Shown piece by piece: positions 1 to 12,945 of a DNA stretch of 64,000 nucleotides. Positions within the stretch are counted from its first letter, which is position 1, and every line of letters begins with the position of its first letter. The notes under the pieces were generated by a model. The model saw nothing but the letters and a program-made list of their open reading frames with translations. It was not told where the DNA came from and made no database searches. Source of the DNA: Ostrea edulis (Eukaryota); the NCBI RefSeq assembly GCF_947568905.1, contig NC_079170.1, positions 27,156,001-27,220,000 of the forward strand, read 5' to 3'. The translations under genes and the position numbers were made by a program.

Positions 1-1117
1 TTCTGTGGCATTTACAAGCATGTATACATTACATGTAAATGCAATATAATCCAAACAGTTTAAAACTGCAGTGCCTTAGGATATATTCTATTTCAAATCT
101 GTATCTAGATGTAATTCTATTAAAATCTATATTAATGCCTGAAAGATTTTTAGATCACAGCTCATGAATTACGTTCTGTCAGTCAATAATGTATAGCACA
201 AACATTTAAAATTGTTGGTTAAAAGACCTCAGTATCTTTACATGATTAATACGTATAGGAATATACAATTATTGATCAAGATAAATACAGTAAAATTTAT
301 ACAGTATCATTTCTCAAATCGTATTTTCAGAGTCATTAATATACTGACTCTGATCCCCTATATCGGTGTTGTGTTGTTATTATTCACGCCATGAAATCTA
401 CATGTACATGTAACAAAAAAGATCATTTGATACTTACTATTAGGTGTCTACAGTAAGTTTCCTTTAATCAGGTTTCACAGCAAATGCTCGTTGAACGTGT
501 AATTCCGAGTAAATTCGAATTGAACATGTTTTGACGAGACGCGGTGTCAACTTATTTCGTTACCATTGATATCGATACTCGGTCGTTTTAATAATAATAA
601 AAAAAAAATTGGAATATGATATGAAACAGAATTGTTCCAATGATTCACTTCTTTCACCATGTAAATAGACTACATACTATATTTATTCTTCTTATTTCAG
701 TATTTTAAAATTCAAGTAAAACTAATTTAAAAGTAAAGTTGAACAATCACGGCTTTGAACATCATTTCCCAAATATTTCTTATTTCTATTTCCCAAATTT
801 GGTCAAAAATGCTTGTTATGATCATTGAATAAGCCATTCTAGCTATTTGAGTGCATATAGCTTGATATATTCAGAGATTTATAGGTTCATGTACATTGTA
901 CATGGTCATTGGAGGTTTATTGTTGTGACGTGTATCCCGAAATGTAAATTTTTAAACATTAAATACCACAATATTCAACGTCATATTAACAAAAAAGTAT
1001 AGAATATATGGAAAAAAGAAAAACATTTCTAGAAAGCCTATATCCCGAAGATTATTATCTTCGGAAATTATCAATATCCCAGGCTAGGCCATTTTTCATG
1101 GTTCGTGGGTCATGTTC

Positions 1118-1460
1118 TTTAGAATAAGTGCTCACAATCTCAGATTTGAGAGTGGGAGGTCTGAAAAAATAACTAACACTGAAAGTGAAAAAAAGTTATA
1201 CTTGAGCGAAACAAAGTAATTTGCAATACGCATGACACGAATTGTGTGGGAGATGAGATACAATCACTTATTGGTTGTCCTTTATATACAAATGAAAGGC
1301 AGACCTTTTTCATATTTCTAAATGTAATACAAACTTTTTAGATTTCTTAAGTAAAGAAAAATTTCTGTGGTTTATGTCAAATGACGATAACATGTTAACC
1401 AAGCTGGGGAATTTTTAATCAGCATTTTGAAATGAGAAACAATAATATACATGTAAGAGG
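1118..1460 (+). mobile_element. Decayed non-LTR retrotransposon ORF2 C-terminal fragment
   Basis: Translates with frameshifts to ..RISAHNLRFESG..ERNKVICNTHDTNCVGDEIQSLIGCPLYTNER, matching the LINE C-terminal R-x-C..GDE-x-H..CP-x-Y zinc-knuckle region. Truncated on the left relative to the copy at 17925. Confidence 0.65.
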
Positions 1461-1504
1461 TAAAACTTACGGAAGCGTATTGCTGCCAATTGATATAGTT
1501 TTTT

Positions 1505-1915
1505 GCTATGTCTTACGTACGAGATACTAAGGCATACTTACGAGGTAATATGTCGAACGTACGAGATAATAAGTCGTTATAACGAGATAAGAAGTTGTAA
1601 TTTCGAGATAATAAGTCGTACGAACAAAATAACAAGTCATAATAACGACATACTAACTCGTACGGAGGAGAAACACTTAGTTGTACGAACGACATAATAA
1701 GTCGTTATAGCAAGATACTAAGTTCTAATAACACTATAACATCTCGTAATAACGAGATACTTAATCATACAAACGAGATAATAAATCGTAAGGACGAGAT
1801 AATAAGTCGTATGTACGACATAATAAGTCGTAGTAACGATATGATAAATCGTTATAACGAGATAACAAGTCATACAAACGACATACACTAAGTCGTACGT
1901 ACGAGATAATAAGTG
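1505..1915 (+). repeat. 21-bp minisatellite array, left subterminal (ACGAGATAATAAGTCGTNNNN)
   Basis: Direct reading; ORF-track products show a 7-aa period (YEIISRT). Confidence 0.9.
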
Positions 1916-2283
1916 GTTTGAACGATATAATAATCTGTAGGATGTGCAATAGATTTTTAGCCACGCAGATGCCCTTTAACTTATAGACCTCGTAAAGGTA
2001 TGCACTTCTTGTATTAGAGCCCGTTGTTAACTAGTGTACAGACAGGAACTATTTTAATTTCCTGACACGAGTTTGCGTCCTTACAAGTACTCAATAGTTC
2101 CCTTTAGTTGCAAGAATATTATGTTTCCTCAGGCGATTATGTTGTGGGGTTTTTTTTCCAAGATATTTCCGTGTTACAATTTCTATAACGTGGCCAGCAC
2201 TTGAAAACTGACCAGCAACAACAAAGTCGATCAAATGTATTTTGTAAATGTAGTCCGAGGCAAATTAACCTACTAGTAAACAT

Positions 2284-2284
<1 letters not shown>

Positions 2285-2338
<54 letters not shown>
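2285..2338. repeat. (CT)n microsatellite; paralogue at ~19210-19268
   Basis: Direct reading. Confidence 0.97.
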
Positions 2339-2340
<2 letters not shown>

Positions 2341-3784
2341 GTAATATATGGGATTAATTTTGATAATTGTATATTGTTGATTAGTTCTATGTTATAAGTA
2401 TTATCACAATGATATCTATTCTGCACAAAATTAGGAGTGTTTATAGCGTTATACACAATACGCAAAAAGAATGCATATATGTTATTAATTTATTTGTTCC
2501 ACTTAAACATCTCATTCTTGTGGTGCTTAGCCGTTACTGATGTGATAGTATGAATTTCTATATGTATTTATTGTTTTTAGATGTGATGTTTCTGTAATCT
2601 GAGGACAGATTAACAATTTCCCAGGGGAGTATGTGATAGTGTAAATATGAATTTCTATATGTATTTATTCTTTTTGATATTTTTCATTTATCGTTTTGCT
2701 AAATACAATCATGAAATTCAATTTACCGTAAGTTCAATTGCGCATCTGGAATGAGTTGGCTGAGTAAATTTTTATTTTGTTATTTCATTGGTTCTTTGAT
2801 TTCATTGGTCATTTCATATTTCTTTATCCAATAATAGTATTTTAGTATATGTATAAATCTACCGCGCTCACCTATGTAGTTAGAGCAGTAATACGTTTTG
2901 AAGAGTTACAACCAGCTGGTATCTTCCGCATCTTATGGTATGTTATTTCTATATTTAAGTATATGTTTCATTTCCATATAAAAAGCTGATATACGTAATT
3001 ATTTTGATTGCAAGTTATTTACTTTATTGTAATTTTGCTTTCAAAGTCGTAATGATTATATGTGTCTGTAAGATCTTAATCTAAATTATTTACAGAACAC
3101 ATGTACATATTTTTATAAAGTATAGTATGCTTCTAAAAGGTTTACTGTGTGTAAAATTTACAATTGTCATATTTTACTTATGTTTTTCTTTCTTGATTTG
3201 TAATATTATTTATCCGTTATTGTAGGTCAATGCCTTATTTTTTACTGAATAGATTAATAAAACCAACATCTGCCTTCCTCCTCGGTTACACTGATGTACA
3301 CATTGAAACATTGTAGATTCAATGGATCTTCTTGTTGAGTTGCTGAGCAAACGCAGTGTACATAAAAACCAATTAGACAAATTATGCGAAGATAAGGTAT
3401 TGACATATTTCATTCTTTTTCATAATTACTTGCTATTTAAGGCCGTCCGTGCTCATACTTAAATACTGTTTCTGTTTGGCTGGGGGTCATTTTCATTTGC
3501 CTGTAATTAAACATTGTTGTTTATATGTTTATGATATCCCAGGGTATGACGCTAAATGTGTAAAGATTTATCAAATTGAAAACATAGGCTTTGAACAAAC
3601 TTCATGCAAGATAACACTTATTTTAATTTATGAATAAAATGTAATATATTACATTTATACTCAATATTTTACATTGTATTTTGTAGCTTATGTTTGTAAA
3701 TACTTCTTGGGGTCTATTTTCAGTACATCGATAATAAAGTCGCGTATTAATTGTACATATAGCAAATAAAATGGTTGATACATG

Positions 3785-3905
3785 TAGGTGCTCTACACAT
3801 GGACCGGTTGATAGGTGCTCTACACATGGACCGGTTGATAGGTGCTCTACACATGGACCGGTTGATAGGTGCTCTACACATGGACCGGTTGATAGGCGCT
3901 CTAGA
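3785..3905. repeat. 27-bp tandem repeat, 4 perfect copies plus a partial (TAGGTGCTCTACACATGGACCGGTTGA)
   Basis: Direct reading; only 1 copy plus a partial at ~20942. Confidence 0.95.
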
Positions 3906-4049
3906 TCTCTGTTCTGTTGTTTATTCTTTAAGATGCTTAGAATAGAAATATTTTATGTTCGGATGAGTGTAACGAAGGAGAACATAAATATAGTGATCTA
4001 TTTATAGTATATATAATAAAAACTTATATTCACCAGTTTATACATACTT

Positions 4050-4520
4050 GTATCCTTTGCATAAAGCAAAATTGAAGATTGTTTTTGTCTACAAATCCAC
4101 AGGTAAAACTGCCTTCATCTCGTAGTGTTTGAAAGGTATTCATCCAATATTGGCTACAATGCTTTCGGAAAAATTCCCACCATGATTCGATCCTCTGATT
4201 ATGGTTGTTAGATCCACTGTTAAAAGTATAAACTTCCAACCATATGAATGTTCTTGAGAACCCATCTATACAACCGTTTAAATGCAAAATCCATATGGCT
4301 TCAATCTATCATAAGAGTTTACGTGTCATACAAAATCTGGTCTACTGCATAAGTATTTTCGCCTCTGCAGTCTGTTTCGCTGTCTTGGTTTAACGCCCCC
4401 GGGATCAATCACTTGAAGCAACAATCGAACACTCTCCCGATTAACAACAAAACCTGTCTTGATACACAACAGATGTAAAAGTTTGTATCCATTTTTTGCC
4501 AAAAGACGTCTCAAGCTTCT
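4050..4520 (-). pseudogene. Integrase-core (IS3EU-type DDE) transposase remnant
   Basis: ..VRLLLQVIDPGGVKPRQRNRLQRRKYLCSRPDFV*HVNSYDRLKPYGFC..GCIDGFSRTFIWLEVY..NQRIESWWEFFRKHCSQYWMN. W>stop, first D>N, the middle of the catalytic domain is deleted, and it ends at a GTATGT donor. Confidence 0.8.
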
Positions 4521-4669
4521 AATACTAATAACAATCCCATTATAAAAAAAACAAGCGACTGCTAAATTTCTTTGTGTTTAAATACTAACTTGAAATAAAA
4601 CTTTACAAGCACGTCAGCTGTTTATACGCTGTCCATACTTGTTTGGTGAAATTATGTAATCCATGCGGT

Positions 4670-6334
4670 TTAATTATATGTCGTAATAACGAATTATGAT
4701 CTCGTTATTACGACTTTGTATCTCGTTTGTACGACTTATCATCTCGTAATTACGACTTATTGTCTCGCTATTTCGACTTATTATATCGTACCTACAACTT
4801 AGTATCTCGTTATTACGACTTACTATGCTATTCGTACGACTAATTATCTCGTTCGTATGATTTAATATCTCGTTATTACGACTTAGTATCTCATTCGTAC
4901 GACATATTATCTCATGATAACGCATTATTATCTCATTCGTACAACTTATTATGTCGTTATTATGACTTAATATCTCGTTTCTACTACTCGTTATGTCTTT
5001 TGTCCGACTTGTTATCTGGTAAATACAACTTATTATCTTGTTATCACGACTTATTATATTGTAAGTACAAGTTAGTATAACATTATTACGTTCGTACGAC
5101 TTATTATCTCATTGTTATGACTTAAAGGTAGTGGGGACAGTTTCGCACTATAGGCCCGGTCAACGTTTCAAAAAATGAAAATACCCTATATTTGAAGTGA
5201 TATTTCATGTGTAAAAATGTATACAATCAATTTAGAATGCATGTCAAATGTAGCTGAGTGCTTAATAAAAATGTTGATATACAACATGTAGGTGTCACCA
5301 TGATTTCTAGCATATAGATGGGTGCAATTACGAAACTAAGACACGTGGTCAGTTGTTGAAGAAATTCCGGTGAAAACATGCAGGGTCCAGCAAAAGATCT
5401 GTAGCTGTGAGGAAAGGTGGATGGCCACATATGAAAGGTAAATTTTTGAGAAGGGTAGATAGGGCTTTTGATTGTGCACAGTGTCTAAATCCCCAGGTTT
5501 GGTACTGTGATGGTGTTTGGGTGGTGCGAATTAGCCCAAATGAGAGAAAATCAAAGCAAAAAGAGGGGAGCTGCTCAGAGTATGCTTTGTGCACCAGTAT
5601 TTATAGATTACATGTAATTCAGTGTCATAATTTATTAACTACACTAATATGAAATACAAGTATTGACATAAAAGGGAGATGATTTTTCATAAGTCTGTCA
5701 TAATCTGACTTTGATGTATACCCCTATCCACATGTTTCAGAACCAACGAAACTGTCCCCTGCCACCTTTACGATGAAGTTCGTGTGACATATTATGTCAT
5801 CCGAACGATTTATTATCTCGTTCGTATGATTTAGTATCTCGTTATTACGACTTAATACCTCGTTATTACGACTTATCATATCGTACTTAGTATCTTGTTA
5901 TAACGACTTAGTATGTCATTCGTACGACTTATTATCTCACTATCACGACTTATTATATTGTATGTACAACTTAGTATAACATTATTACGACTTATAATGT
6001 CGTTCGTACGACTTATCATCTCGTTTATACGACTTACGATATCGTTCGTACAACTTATTATCTCGTCCGTACGACTTATTATCTCATTAATACGACTTAC
6101 GATATCGTTTGTACGACTTATTATATCGTCCGTGCGACTTATTATCTCGTTCGTATGATTTAGTATCTCGTTATTACGACTTAGTATCTCGTTATTACGA
6201 CATACATCTTTTAATACAATTTAGTATCTCGTTATAACGACTTATCATGTCGTACGTACGACTTAGTATGTGTCGTTTATACGACTTATTATCTCGTAAT
6301 TACGATTATTATCTCATACGTATGACTTAGTATC
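4670..6334 (-). repeat. 21-bp minisatellite array, right subterminal, inverted relative to the left array and split by a MITE
   Basis: ACGACTTATTATCTCGT units at 4670-5120 and 5775-6334. Confidence 0.9.
5126..5767. mobile_element. Non-autonomous TIR element, Kolobok-like
   Basis: TIRs AGGTAGTGGGGACAGTTTCG and CGAAACTGTCCCCTGCCACCT, flanked by TTAA/TTAC, inserted in the 21-bp array. Superfamily assignment rests only on the TTAA-AGG ends. Confidence 0.7.
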
Positions 6335-6650
6335 TACGGAAACGTATAACTGCCTCTTGTTGTTGTGTTATACCTCAAAATGGCAAATTAAATTAGTGTC
6401 ATTTTCCAATGAAATGTTTATAACGTCAAAATTATGTCGACTTGTACAAGGAGATCAGAAAAAATCAATATACTTTGAATGATTTTACCGCCTTCTTCCA
6501 GCTTTATTGACTTTATTCACGTCATGATAACTTTTTGCGTAATAATATTTGCTGCAATAAAAAATGCGTAGAAATATTCTCGCAATTCTATACAAAGAGA
6601 ATCAATCATGTCGATATGATACCGTTTTTCAGGTTTTACTTTCAAAATCA

Positions 6651-6857
6651 CACGGCCTCTCACCTCTGGTCGGCGCGGGTTCGAATCCCGCTCGTGTCGG
6701 TAAGTGTGAAAGTTTCCCAGTTTACTTTCCGAAGGTCGGTGGTCTCTTCCCAGGTACATTTGTATCTGGGTTTTTTCTTCCACCAACAAAAACTGGGCGC
6801 CACCAGATAACTAAAAACTTGTTGTGTGTGGCGGAAAACATCAAACAATCAATCAAT
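6651..6857 (+). mobile_element. tRNA-derived SINE, 5'-truncated
   Basis: B box GGTTCGAATCC, central GGTCGGTGGT..CTTCCACCAACAAAAACTG domain resembling conserved-domain bivalve SINEs, (CAAT)n tail. Confidence 0.75.
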
Positions 6858-8579
6858 AAAATGAGAATGAGAGAAATGGGGAAGGGTATCCAATCTTAAT
6901 TTGACTACATTTCGGGTAATGTTTGCAAAGAAGTCATATCGCTTCAAATTCCTCGTAAACCGAGTGTTTCAACACTTACACCCACGGTTAGACACAAAAT
7001 TACCCAACCATGGATCCACACTATATACAACAACAAAACAAGGCCTACAAAATATCGACCAATACATTTTCTAATGAAACATACATCTTTCAACAAATAA
7101 AACGATATACAACATGAATGTGTTAAAACAAACACGAAAAGATTCAACGAGATATTTATTTTTTTTTGGAAACGACATCCTTAATTCATCAAAATTCATT
7201 GAAGACAAATTTTCATTAAGTTCAATTATATTATTTCAAACAAAAAAATGGGATTCAATCAAACGAAATATATCTAAAAAAAACAAATTCAGTGTATATG
7301 TATTTGACATGGAAAATTGGCTTTTCATCGGATAAAAGGATGTTATCATACATGCATTTCAACGCCTAATACCAATTTACAAATTGCAGTTGCATTATTT
7401 TATCTTATCATGACTTGACGCACACTGAAGAGCAATAAGATAATGATATAGGATAGTTAGGTTTCAGAATTAGTTTTAGATTTATTTCAATCATTGATGC
7501 ATTCATCAGAAAGTGTATTATAAAAGACGGGTTTTATCTTAAAATCGATGCAATTATTCATTTTGATTAATTTTGAAATCCAATGAAAGCTATGTAGAAG
7601 AAAGGCATACAGTTGGCATGTTTGATCCCTGACTAGAAAACTACCCTAAACCATGATCGAGAAAGCCAGAACCCTCACGGTCTAGATCTCGTCGACATGT
7701 CATCTGATATTTTCTTAACTCTACTTTCAAATTAATTTCTAATAAGAAGATATTTATACTAATTGACTTCTTAAACTTCTGATTGCCGATCACTCAATTC
7801 CAGCAGATGAAACTTTAAAAAAAAATCACTTACAATAGGAAACCTATATCACACTGCCCCGATCTTTGAAGCAAATCATTTTTGATTATACGGATATAAT
7901 TTGTTCTGAAACACTGCTAAAAGTTTAATTTAAAAACATTAAAGATTTAACTTCTACTCGTACTTTTCTATGGAAGTAACTGTCATTAGAGGCAAGATCT
8001 GCTACCAACTCTTTAAACACTAGCGCATGTAGTTGATCCGCAGCAGTAAAAGCGAAGCCTACTATGAAAAACTGCGACAGTGTAATGCAGAAAGGATAAA
8101 CATTCCGTCGCGGGGACGCAGTAAATAAGGGATCCGCGTTGGCTGAACTGTAGGTTCCTAACCCTACCGCTGATGTGTCGAGGAGTACTCGTTTGCACTT
8201 TTCTTAATTTTCTATTCTTTATAGAATTTTAGATTCATCATTGTTCGTTTTCTTCATTTGTTCATAGAAAACAATGTAAAGAATGAAAACCTTGAAAGAT
8301 GTTGCTTTCACAAATTTCGCTATAAAAACCAGTACAATAGTTTTTCATGTAATATCAAATTTCATGGAAGAAGATTTCTTTTCCCAGATACACTATTGCA
8401 ATCATACAGAAGATGTCTTGTGTCGTCATCTACCGTACATGATCCGCATGATAGAGATATATTTTTATGTCGATTACTTACACGTACCTTATTTTACCTT
8501 ACCATTCTCCCGATGAATGAAATATTTTTCTTTTTCGTATAACAGAAATCTGCTTCTTCAATAAAAATAGGAGATTAAA

Positions 8580-9570
8580 CAAAAATATTACTTTACTAAA
8601 TACCAATCTGGCCATACGCTCAAGTATTACAAAGATGCTGGAGATTTTCATTGCCAACATCTACGTAGATCGGATCTTCCAACAGTCTCTTGGAATTGCT
8701 ATAGAAATGAATTAGGTTCCTTGTTTTCTATTTTTAAGTGTCAGAATTCATTCCGACGCTTCTACATGAGAGCAAATATCTTGCTGAGGACTTTAAATCA
8801 GCATTTATATTTAGGAAAAGGCTAACATATGTTTACTTTGCTGCCTAATTCCATTCAGAATCGAAAAATATATTGTTTAAAAAATAATAAATGTGTATTG
8901 ATGACGTTATATTTATTACAATGTTCATTTCCATCCATATGTTCATTCCATATATCCCAGAGAACTCGAAGCAAAAGACACCAAATCCTTTTTCCATACC
9001 TGCTTCATTTTTGGATATTTCATGGAACATACCTGTCAACGGTAAACTAGCAAGAAGATTTTGAGACAAACGGTATGACTTCAGTTTTTCCATCGTCAAC
9101 TTCCCATATCTCTGTAGAAATATTCCATTATCATATGTGTATAGTATTTATGTCTCTCAACTTTATCAATAACATAGAGCATGTTCTGCATATGATAAAT
9201 ATTGTAATTGGGGCAGGATACTGACAAACAAGTCGGTGTTACAGTGGTTTTAACAGTCTCATTTAAAGTAAGTTTTTTCCAAATTCGATGTCCTTACAAT
9301 GATTTAATTTGCACATACTATTTCTCGTTAGGTTCAAGGCTGCCTCGTGTGTTTCATACTAATTGTTAAGCCGTTGGTTTTGCACAAATTGATTTTCATT
9401 ACGCATTACTCCGTTTACCTGATCAATATGCAGGGCGCACAGTGAATGTGCCTAGTAAACAGGAGACAGTTACTCCTAAACACATTATCCCACCTCCTGC
9501 ATATTCAGGAGTCCGTGTTTGCCCTGCTCTCAATTTCGTATTTGTTATAGAATTTGTGAGAGTTATCACT
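8580..9570 (+). mobile_element. Decayed Penelope-like element (RT 3' half plus 3' end)
   Basis: Degenerate match to the near-intact copy at 21134-21859 and to the shared 3' terminus ending ATCTTC(A/G)CCTTT. Confidence 0.75.
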
Positions 9571-10285
9571 CTTATCTTCGCCTTTTTATTCAATATTAGG
9601 AAAACAAACAAGGAATCCAATATGACATATATGCAGGATATTATAGATATAGTAGTACTGAGTTTTTCTTATTTCCTGAACATTGTTGATGCATATTGCA
9701 TTATGCAATGAAAGTCGCAAAATGTTCTTAATCCAATGTTTTACTTTCCCAATATATCGGTCATTCGATCGATTTGATGTCGTTGCACAATGAAACCTTC
9801 TAGCAATAAAAAGCAAATTTAATAGTAATTTTTATCTCGGGTGAATACTTCATAAATTCATAATGTGTTTTCCTAGTTGAATCTGTCGTATCGTCCAGAA
9901 GCTGGGTATTTTACGTTTCTTGGAAATCAACTATTTTTTTTCTGACGAGGTGTTTGGAAAGCATGCCAGAAATAAATTATCTTTAAGAGTGTCCATTTCA
10001 CGTAGAAACTCGGAACTGCTGCTTTTCAAAATAACATTTCCAATGGAAGAATGTGAAATAAAAAAGGTGTATGAGTCAGGTGATCTAAAATTAAAAACTT
10101 TTTCTGATTTACCGATAGTTATTTGACTGTAAATCAGTTTGACTGTAAGTTCAAATTGTGACATTATCTCATGGCTGTTACAAAACACGAATCAAAGTAA
10201 TTCATGAACATTTGAATTTTCTATAACTATGTCAAATACAATAGGTCTTCCTTTCCAATATCTTTTATTTCTTTTCAACAAAAGT

Positions 10286-12945
10286 TTACAGTTGATCTAT
10301 TAGAAAACCAGAAAACACATTATAATTAGACACACTACGGTCATGGATACTTGATGCACGGCCATTATTGTTCCGAATCCATATTTTGTCGCCTTTGTTT
10401 AGTAATAACTGTAAGGTCTGACTGGATTGTGGATAGGTTTTTGCATTAGAAAACACCACGGACAATCCGATATCACTCTTCATTATTCCTAGATGAACAT
10501 GATTCTCTGGGTGACTCATCAAGCTACAGGAGAAGCTGTAGAGACCGTTATAGGGGGCAGTAAAAACACCAGTTGTTGGTTGATAGGCTCCGCCCCAATT
10601 TGTCAACACGTGATGATACTTCACCACAGCGTGAGCGGTCACTGTTGTGGCTTTGGACAGAAGGGCTGTGAAAGCAACACTCGCTCCTCTCTCTGCTAAA
10701 CATGAATTACATCTTAGAACTTTGTGCATTTTGTTAATATCCTTTTAAAAATTTTAATTTTCTAAAATTTCCAAAGCGTAGAAATTCCCAATGTTGCCAC
10801 AAACAATATGCAGGGTTTATTTCATGGCATTGTATATCATCATACCTAAGCGAAATATATCTAGTGTTATAACGATTTAGGTTGCCAATACAACCTATCG
10901 TTGGGTCAAATGGTATCTAAAGTGTTTCAGACCGATTGTTAGTCCGTTTGGGACACTAATTGTGACTACAGATAACTCCGTTTACCTGATCAAGATCCCT
11001 ACTCCTCCTAGATGTATCAAGGGGACAGTTTTTACCAACTTTATTTTGAATTGCTTATTGGTGTTATCAGATTGATCACTGTTCTTTATCTTCACCTCTC
11101 TTCTAATGTCTAGTACAAGTATTCTAATCATTATTCATATCAGTATCTTGTGTACAGAAATATATTGATAACGTTATTCTAATATCATAAAGACTTTCTG
11201 CTTTCTCTTTTTCAAAATACGTAAATCTAACGTCTTTTCATTTCAAATCATTATGTGACAAAATACTCAAAACGACAATGAATTGTAACATAATTTGGCA
11301 AATGTGACCATGTACTTAATATCCTATGCCAACTACCGTCAGCAGATACTAGTAATATAGTTTTAAGTCAATATATTTGCTCATAGAAGGGAAACAATAC
11401 TCTAGTATTTTACAAGAAATAATAGTCAATCAATCTTTATCCTTTGAAATCTGCATTTGATCCAAAACTTCACAAAAACCTTTAAAGAGGTATACCCAGT
11501 AAATGATTTACTTAACCCCTATTTTTGTTCCTTGGAGATATATCAACTGCTTTCATTGAGATACTTCAAACGTATTCTATCACAACATATGCGAGAAGTG
11601 ATGTGAATCCAATGTGGATTCTCTAACATTCCAAATAACCTTTCAAAACTTTTAAATCACAAACTTTTCCCTAAAGAAGAGCATCAAAACGGATGATGTT
11701 CAACACTTTACACGATCATTCCTCACAAGGAATTAAAGACTAGCTTTTTAACATCTTAAATAGCTGCTCTTTCGATAAAAGTGAAACACCTAAATGTTAA
11801 TATGTTGTGAGATTCATTAACAAATTTCTTTCTTTGACATAATTTTCATTCTACATGTCAGTGCTCTCAAGTTGATATAAAAATGAGGCAGGAGTTCTTC
11901 ATTGACAATATCAACAAATTCTTTGGAGATCAAGTCTTTAAACAGTCCTTTGAAATTCCCAATGGCACGAATTGTGCTCATTTATTAGCCGAATTGTTTT
12001 AACATTCCTATGAGACAGAATTCATTCAAAATCTTTTACACGAGAAGAAAAAATATCTGGTTGTGGTCTGGTGTGTTTAGATATATCGACGTTTTATTTT
12101 TTATCAATGTCTATTTTTATTAATATGTTGATTTCATATATCCATATGGACTCGAAATAAAAGACACCAAAGAGTATTTTCCATACCCAATTCATATTTT
12201 GATATCTCATTGAGCACAGATGTTCACGACAACTGACAACTCAACTTTATGTTGAATTCAGCTTTCCCATCACCAACTTTGAATATTTATGTAACAATAC
12301 TCCATTATCACCTGCATATGGTGTTTATGTCTCTCAACTGATTTAATACGCGAGAACATGTTCTGTATATAATGAATGTTTAATCAAGGCAAGCTAAATA
12401 AGCTAAAGTTAGAGGGGTTTCAAAAGTCTCGGGTGTTGTCAGAATTTTGCAAATTAATACTCTAATTTGCAAATACAACCTGTCATTAGGTCGAATGCTG
12501 GCTGACGTATTCCATACCAATTGTTTGACTGCTTTTAGTATACTCATTTTGACTGCGGATTACTCTGTTTACATGATTAAGATGTAGGAATCACGGCGAA
12601 TGTGACCGGAAAAGAGGATGATTACTCCGCGTAGTCACCTTATCTCATTTCTGGAGTGTACAGGGATTCGTATTTCCCCTATTTTTTGTATTTTCCCTAT
12701 TCTTCATTTTGTACTCTTCATGGGATATTTGAGATTGATCACTGTTCATAATCTTAATAATAATAATAATATCCTTTATTTATAATCTCCGCTCTTCATT
12801 ACTCATGCGCTATATATTCAGTGGCTATTTTATCTTCATTTTATTTTTTTATTCCTTCAATTACAAAAGTAACAAGATTGTAATCATACTTACGACAACC
12901 AGAAACGAATCCCAGTACAGCAAGAAAAAGAACACACTTCATCAT
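10286..12945 (-). CDS. Secreted C1q-domain protein (C1qDC copy G1), 2 coding exons, ~153 aa
   Basis: Exon 12945-12894 encodes signal peptide MMKCVLFLAVLGFVSGC with a phase-1 C|GTAAGT donor and an upstream TTTTCAG acceptor. Exon 10695-10286 (TTTAG|CA, or NAGNAG 10692) encodes gC1q VAFTA..VLTNWGGAYQPTTGVFTAPYNGLYSFS..SQTLQLLLNKGDKIWI..NVFSGFLI. Phases are compatible and the frame is open. Confidence 0.88.
10865..11100 (+). mobile_element. Penelope-like 3'-end fragment in G1 intron
   Basis: GTTATAACGATTTAG..ACTCCGTTTACCTGATCAAGAT..GATTGATCACTGTTCTTTATCTTCACC. Confidence 0.75.
11540..12755 (+). mobile_element. Decayed Penelope-like RT fragment in G1 intron
   Basis: Degenerate FLIDNI..QQ..GIPMGTNCA and EIKDT..NIPLSPAYGVYVSQL motifs plus the 3' terminus. 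Confidence 0.75.

Larger units (their letters stand above)
1468..6334 (-). mobile_element. IS3EU-like DNA transposon, defective
   Basis: Starts TACGGAAGCGTA (TAY terminus reported for IS3EU). Inverted 21-bp arrays at both ends and an internal integrase-type transposase remnant at 4050-4520 on the minus strand. No right TIR found. Confidence 0.65.

Noticed and set aside
5349-5652. Cys-containing ORFs inside the Kolobok-like MITE
   Set aside because: Short overlapping frames on both strands with no recognisable domain.
1503-6158. Repeat-protein ORFs such as YEIISRT/SFVRLII and RERERE
   Set aside because: They are translations of minisatellites and microsatellites, open on both strands, with no coding signal.
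1505-6334. 21-bp and 27-bp periodic arrays as CRISPR arrays
   Set aside because: Units are head-to-tail with no unique spacers, there are no cas genes, and the context is eukaryotic.
6680-6700. tRNA gene (GGTTCGAATCC)
   Set aside because: No cloverleaf or A box, and it continues into a SINE body and (CAAT)n tail. The similar B-box-like motif at ~35545 (minus) was also not called.
10696-10729. ORF-track N-termini of C1q ORFs (MHKVLRCNSCLA; MHEVLRYNSCLA at 28308-28341)
   Set aside because: They lie upstream of the splice acceptor; true signal exons were found at 12894-12945 and 29865-29916.
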